From an uncultured Gammaproteobacteria bacterium (GTDB taxonomy: Bacteria; Pseudomonadota; Gammaproteobacteria; Steroidobacterales; Steroidobacteraceae), in NCBI GenBank assembly GCA_963793675.1, contig CAWCBA010000005.1, forward strand, positions 344,645 to 408,644: DNA of 64,000 bases, in the 5' to 3' direction. Numbering within the stretch: the stretch's first letter is position 1; each line of letters starts with the position of its first letter. Under the pieces are notes generated by a model. That model had not been told where the DNA came from and ran no database searches. It was given only the letters and a program-made list of their open reading frames with translations. Positions 60,281 to 64,000 of the stretch are shown piece by piece. A program made the position numbers and the translations under genes.

Positions 60281-63156
60281 ATGAAAAGAATGCTGGTCAA
60301 CGCAACTCAGGAAGAAGAGTTGCGCGTAGCGCTGGTGGACGGCCAGCGGATCTACGACCTCGACATCGAAATCCCGTCGCGCGAAACCAAGAAAGCCAAC
60401 GTCTACAAGGGTCGCATCACCCGCGTCGAACCGAGCCTCGAGGCCGCGTTCATCGACTACGGCGCCGAGCGCCACGGCTTCCTGCCGCTGAAGGAAGTCT
60501 CCAAGGCGTTCTTCAAGGACAAGCAACCCGGTCAGGAAGGCGGCAGCCGCGGCATCCGCGACCTGATCGAGGAAGGCCAGGAAATCATCGTCCAGGTCGA
60601 GAAGGAGGAACGCGGCAACAAAGGCGCCGCGCTCACCACCTTCATCAGCCTGGCGGGCCGTTTCCTGGTCCTGATGCCGAACAACCCCCGCGCCGGCGGC
60701 GTATCACGCCGCGTCGAGGGTGAGGACCGCGACGCCCTGCGCGAAGCCATGGACTCGCTGCAGATCCCGGACGGCATGGGCGCCATCGTGCGCACCGCCG
60801 GCGTGGGTCGCAGCCCGGAAGAACTGCAGTGGGACCTGAACAACCTGGTCGACATCTGGAACGCGATCCAGCAGGCGTCCGACAGCCGGCCCTCGCCGTT
60901 CCTGATCTACCGCGAGAGCACGGCGATCCTGCGGGCGCTCCGTGACTACCTCAGCGATGACATCGGCGAAATCCTGATCGACAAGCAGGACGTCTACGAG
61001 GAAGCGCGCGAGTACATGCAGCGCTTCATGCCGAACAACCTGCGCAAGCTCAAGATCTACGACGACCATGTGCCGCTGTTCACGCGGTACCAGATCGAGA
61101 GCCAGATCGAGTCGGCATATTCGCACAAGGTGACGCTGCCCTCGGGCGGCAGCATCGTGATCGATCACACTGAAGCACTGGTCTCGATCGACATCAACTC
61201 GGCACGCAGCACCCGTGGCACCGACATCGAGACGACCGCCTGCAACACCAACCTCGAGGCCGCGGACGAAATCGCGCGCCAGATGCGCTTGCGTGACGTC
61301 GGCGGCCTGATCGTCATCGACTTCATCGACATGGAGTCGACCAAGAACCAGCGCGCTGTCGAGGATCGCCTGCGCGACGCGGTCAAGCAGGATCGAGCCC
61401 GCATCCAGCTCGGCAAGATTTCCCGCTTCGGCCTGCTCGAGCTCTCGCGGCAGCGCCTGCGTCCGTCGATCAGCGAATCGACCAACATCGTCTGCCCGCG
61501 CTGCACCGGCATGGGCGTGATCCGCAGCGTCGAATCGCTGGCGCTCGCGGTGCTGCGACTGATCGGCGAAGAGGCCCGCAAGGACCGCACCGCCAAGGTC
61601 ATCGCGCAGTTGCCGGTCGACGTCGCGACCTACCTCATGAACGAGAAGCGCGACTGGCTGCACGACATCGAAGCGCGCAGCCACGTCGACATCGTGCTGG
61701 TGCCGAACAAGTACCTCGAGACGCCGTCCTACGAATTGCGCCGAGTGCGCGATGACGAGACCGACCTGCCCGAGAACTCGGTCATCAGCCATCACATGGC
61801 TGTCGAGCCGAAGATCGACCTCGATGCGATCGCCTCGGCCGAGGAAGAAAAGGCCCCGACGCCACAGCAGCCCGCGGTGACGACTATCATCCCGAGCACC
61901 CCTGCCCCGCCCGCGGCCCCCGAGGTCGTGGCCGCGCCGGTCGCGCTCGCCGCGGCTCCGGTGGCCGTGGCCGCACCGGTCTACGGACCGCGCGACAACG
62001 TGCTGGTGCGGATGTGGCGCTGGTTCGCAGGCGACAAGCGTGCGCCCGAACCGCAGCCGGCTCCGTCCGCGAACATCGGCCGCGGCGGCAAGGAAGGCGA
62101 GCGTGACCGTCCGCGTCACGATCGTGATCGCAGCGAACGCGGCCGTGGCCGTGATGGTCGTCGCGACGGGCGCGACAACCGTGACGGGCGCGGACGCAGC
62201 GAGGGCCGCGGCGAGCGTGGCTCGCGTGACGAAGCGCGTCGCGAAAACCGTGCGAAGGTGCATCGGGCCAGCCGGCCCGCGGCAACGAACCGCGACGTGA
62301 CGAGCCGGCTCGTGCGCAGCCACAACAGCCGCGTCGTGACGAAGCCCGCGTGGCGGACGTCGTGACGGTGGCCAGGGCGGCGAAGGCGGCCCACGCGAGG
62401 TCCAGCCGCGTCGTGAAGGCGGCCAGCAAGGCCAGCGCCAGCCACAGCAACCGCGTCCGCCGCGTGAACCGCGTCCGCCGCGCGAACCGCGGCCGCCGCG
62501 CGAATACCGCGAGCCGCAGGAACCGCGTGAGCAGGTTGCCGCGCCAACCGCAGTCGTCGCGGCCGTTGCGAACGACATGAGCACTGCCGACGCAGCAGTC
62601 GCACCGCCGATGGGCGACGGCCAGCAGCAGCGTCCCGAAGGAGATCGCAGCGAGCGCACCGGACGCAGGTCGCGTCGCGGTGGCCGTCGCCGCCGCGGCC
62701 GCAGTGATGGCGGTGGCGAAGGTTATGGCGCCGGCCGCTGCGGCGCAGGCGCTGCCGGCGAAGGCAACTTCGACGATGGCCGGGTGCGGTAGGGTGGAGA
62801 CGATGCGGGTGGCAACGACAGAAGCGGCTCGCGCGCCGGCTCAGCAGTCGTTCGATGCTGCAGCGCCCCGCCAGACGTTCGACGCACCGCGCGAGGTCGC
62901 GCCTGCGCGCGAGCCTGACGCGCCCGGCGAGTCGCAAGCACCCGCACGAAGCTTCGATGCGCCCTGGCCGCCGGAGCCGCGTTCGTTCGACTTCGACCGT
63001 CCCGCAGCGCCACCTCCTCCGCCGGCCCCGCCCGGCGAACAGGCACCTGCGCCCGTCGTGGTGCATGAGCCGACCCCCGTCGCGACGGCCTCCGAGCCAC
63101 GCGAGTGGACGCCCACTCCACCAACGGACGTGACGACGCCGCGCAACGAGCCGTAG
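60281..63156 (+). CDS. rne: ribonuclease E; catalytic half intact (ORF ends 62365), Arg/Pro-rich C-terminal scaffold continues through about 3 frame changes
   Basis: [30 protein letters not shown], an S1 domain and the Zn-link CPRCTGMG. Downstream RNase E-like low-complexity sequence appears in frame 1 ([26 protein letters not shown]), then frame 0 ([36 protein letters not shown]), then frame 1 (..[30 protein letters not shown], stop 63156). A strong terminator follows immediately. Confidence 0.85.
62451..62504 (+). repeat. tandem 18-nt coding repeat x3 (PRPPRE)3 in the rne C-terminal region
   Basis: ccgcgtccgccgcgtgaa / ccgcgtccgccgcgcgaa / ccgcggccgccgcgcgaa. Confidence 0.8.
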
Positions 63157-63178
63157 GCGACTCGTTCAGCCGAAAAAA

Positions 63179-63208
63179 GCCCGCTGCGCTACGCAGCGGG
63201 CTTTCTTC
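63179..63208 (+). terminator. rho-independent terminator of rne
   Basis: gcccgctgcg-cta-cgcagcgggc followed by TTTCTTC. Confidence 0.85.
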
Positions 63209-63327
63209 GTGCCAAGGTGTGAGCGAGTTCGCTACCGCACGGGCCGTGCCACCGAATGCCGTAGCGTCACGGCGACCATATATGATGGTACGGAAACTGG
63301 CACGCGACGGACGTGAATGGGGTGAAC

Positions 63328-63549
63328 ATGAACGCAACCAAGATTGCCGCAATTGTGCTGATCGTGGCCGGTGTCCTCGGGCTCACCTACGGGAGTGTCA
63401 GTTACACGAAGCGGACTCACGACATCAACGTGGGACCGATCGAAATGTCCGTGAAGGAAAAGCAGACGGTCAACGTTCCGGTCTGGGTTGGTGTCGGCGC
63501 AATCGCAATTGGCGCCGCCCTGCTCCTGCTTGGCGGCAGGAAGCTTTAG
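63328..63549 (+). CDS. small two-TM membrane protein
   Basis: MNATKIAAIVLIVAGVLGLTYG ... VPVWVGVGAIAIGAALLLLGGRKL. An alternative GTG start is at 63313. Confidence 0.6.
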   Translation: MNATKIAAIVLIVAGVLGLTYGSVSYTKRTHDINVGPIEMSVKEKQTVNVPVWVGVGAIAIGAALLLLGGRKL

Positions 63550-63639
63550 CCGGTTTTCTCCATCACTGCCGGACCGTCGCGCCGGCTCGCTGATTATTGC
63601 GACGGTTGGAAGTGCCGGCGACACCTGGCTATTGGAACC

Positions 63640-64000
63640 TCAGAGCGGCGACGCCCGGAAATACGGAAACAGCTGGTCGTCGCTCGCCAGCTGCTCGAAC
63701 AGGACGTCGGAGCGGCTGCGCAACGCGAAATGGACATTCGACGTCACCAGGGTCTCGTTGCCGCGAGCCGTGTCCTCGCCGAGCTTTGACGCGCGGTTCA
63801 TTTCGTCGCCCATCGCCAGGTTGGGACCGATCGCGTACACGTCACCATAGCCGATGCCGATGCAGGCGAGTGCCGGCTGTTCCGACGCGTGCTCCGAGTG
63901 ATTGAACGCGGTCAGACGGCGGTGAATTTCGAATGCCGCGTCAAGCGCCGGGCCGGGCGCGTCGAAGAGACCGACGAGATCGTCGGCAAACGCGCGCACC
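63640..64000 (-). CDS. class III adenylate/guanylate cyclase domain protein, C-terminal part (5' end outside window)
   Basis: The frame of ORF 63640..63999 is open to the window edge. Cyclase-like blocks include ALDAAFEIHRRL, IGIGYGDVYAIG and AMGDEMNRASKLGEDTARGNETLVT. Confidence 0.65.
   Translation of the reverse strand, partial: VRAFADDLVGLFDAPGPALDAAFEIHRRLTAFNHSEHASEQPALACIGIGYGDVYAIGPNLAMGDEMNRASKLGEDTARGNETLVTSNVHFALRSRSDVLFEQLASDDQLFPYFRASPL

Noticed and set aside
62451-62504. CRISPR-like regular repeats. The Ala-codon repeats at 50740-50860 were considered on the same grounds.
   Set aside because: The units are contiguous 18-nt repeats without spacers, inside the rne scaffold region, and encode (PRPPRE)3. 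The second case is low-complexity Ala coding in the Lpp-like gene. No cas genes are present.

Overview
High-GC proteobacterial chromosomal core. Gene order (yceD-rpmF-plsX, yceF, rluC/rne, dapA/gcvR/bcp, mlaFEDCB plus mlaA) and E. coli-type CTGT-N8-ACAG SOS boxes point to a gammaproteobacterium. About 55 protein genes are recognisable from the translations. They include relA (3' part), lpdA-sucB-sucA, chaA, a split TIR/TM/TPR receptor-like gene, a TraB/GumN protein, a GNAT, two Bcp peroxiredoxins, apbE, an acyl-CoA synthetase, dapA, gcvR, PIN-PhoH, BepA-like protease and the Mla system. Also present are an Rrf2-sufBCDS-sufU-sufT-Rieske operon, putA-sdaA-SDR, a DUF481 OMP, a CnoX-like thioredoxin-TPR, the lexA-imuA-imuB-dnaE2 SOS mutagenesis cassette, an Lpp-like lipoprotein, mprF-acvB, an L,D-transpeptidase, and rne. 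There are three tRNAs: Arg-CCT, Ala-CGC and Ser-GGA. I found no CRISPR array, transposase or integrase.

Four things merit a second look. (1) About 14 apparent 1-nt indels split 8 otherwise recognisable genes, including rne and sufD. These are assembly indels until shown otherwise. (2) A ~117-nt element of tandem GGGGNTA heptads (G-quadruplex motif), its C-rich inverse and two perfect hairpins sits in frame inside dnaE2. A partial second copy lies in an intergenic spacer. (3) A cytoplasmic TIR domain is joined, across a frameshift, to a TM anchor plus a periplasmic TolB-N-like/TPR module. (4) A lower-GC islet (about 11.6-14.4 kb) lies next to tRNA genes. It holds orphan secreted proteins, a 0.9-kb structured non-coding stretch, a small Cys/Arg-rich ORF, a tRNA 3' remnant and an HTH remnant.

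All functional calls rest on motif recognition by eye. No database search was run.
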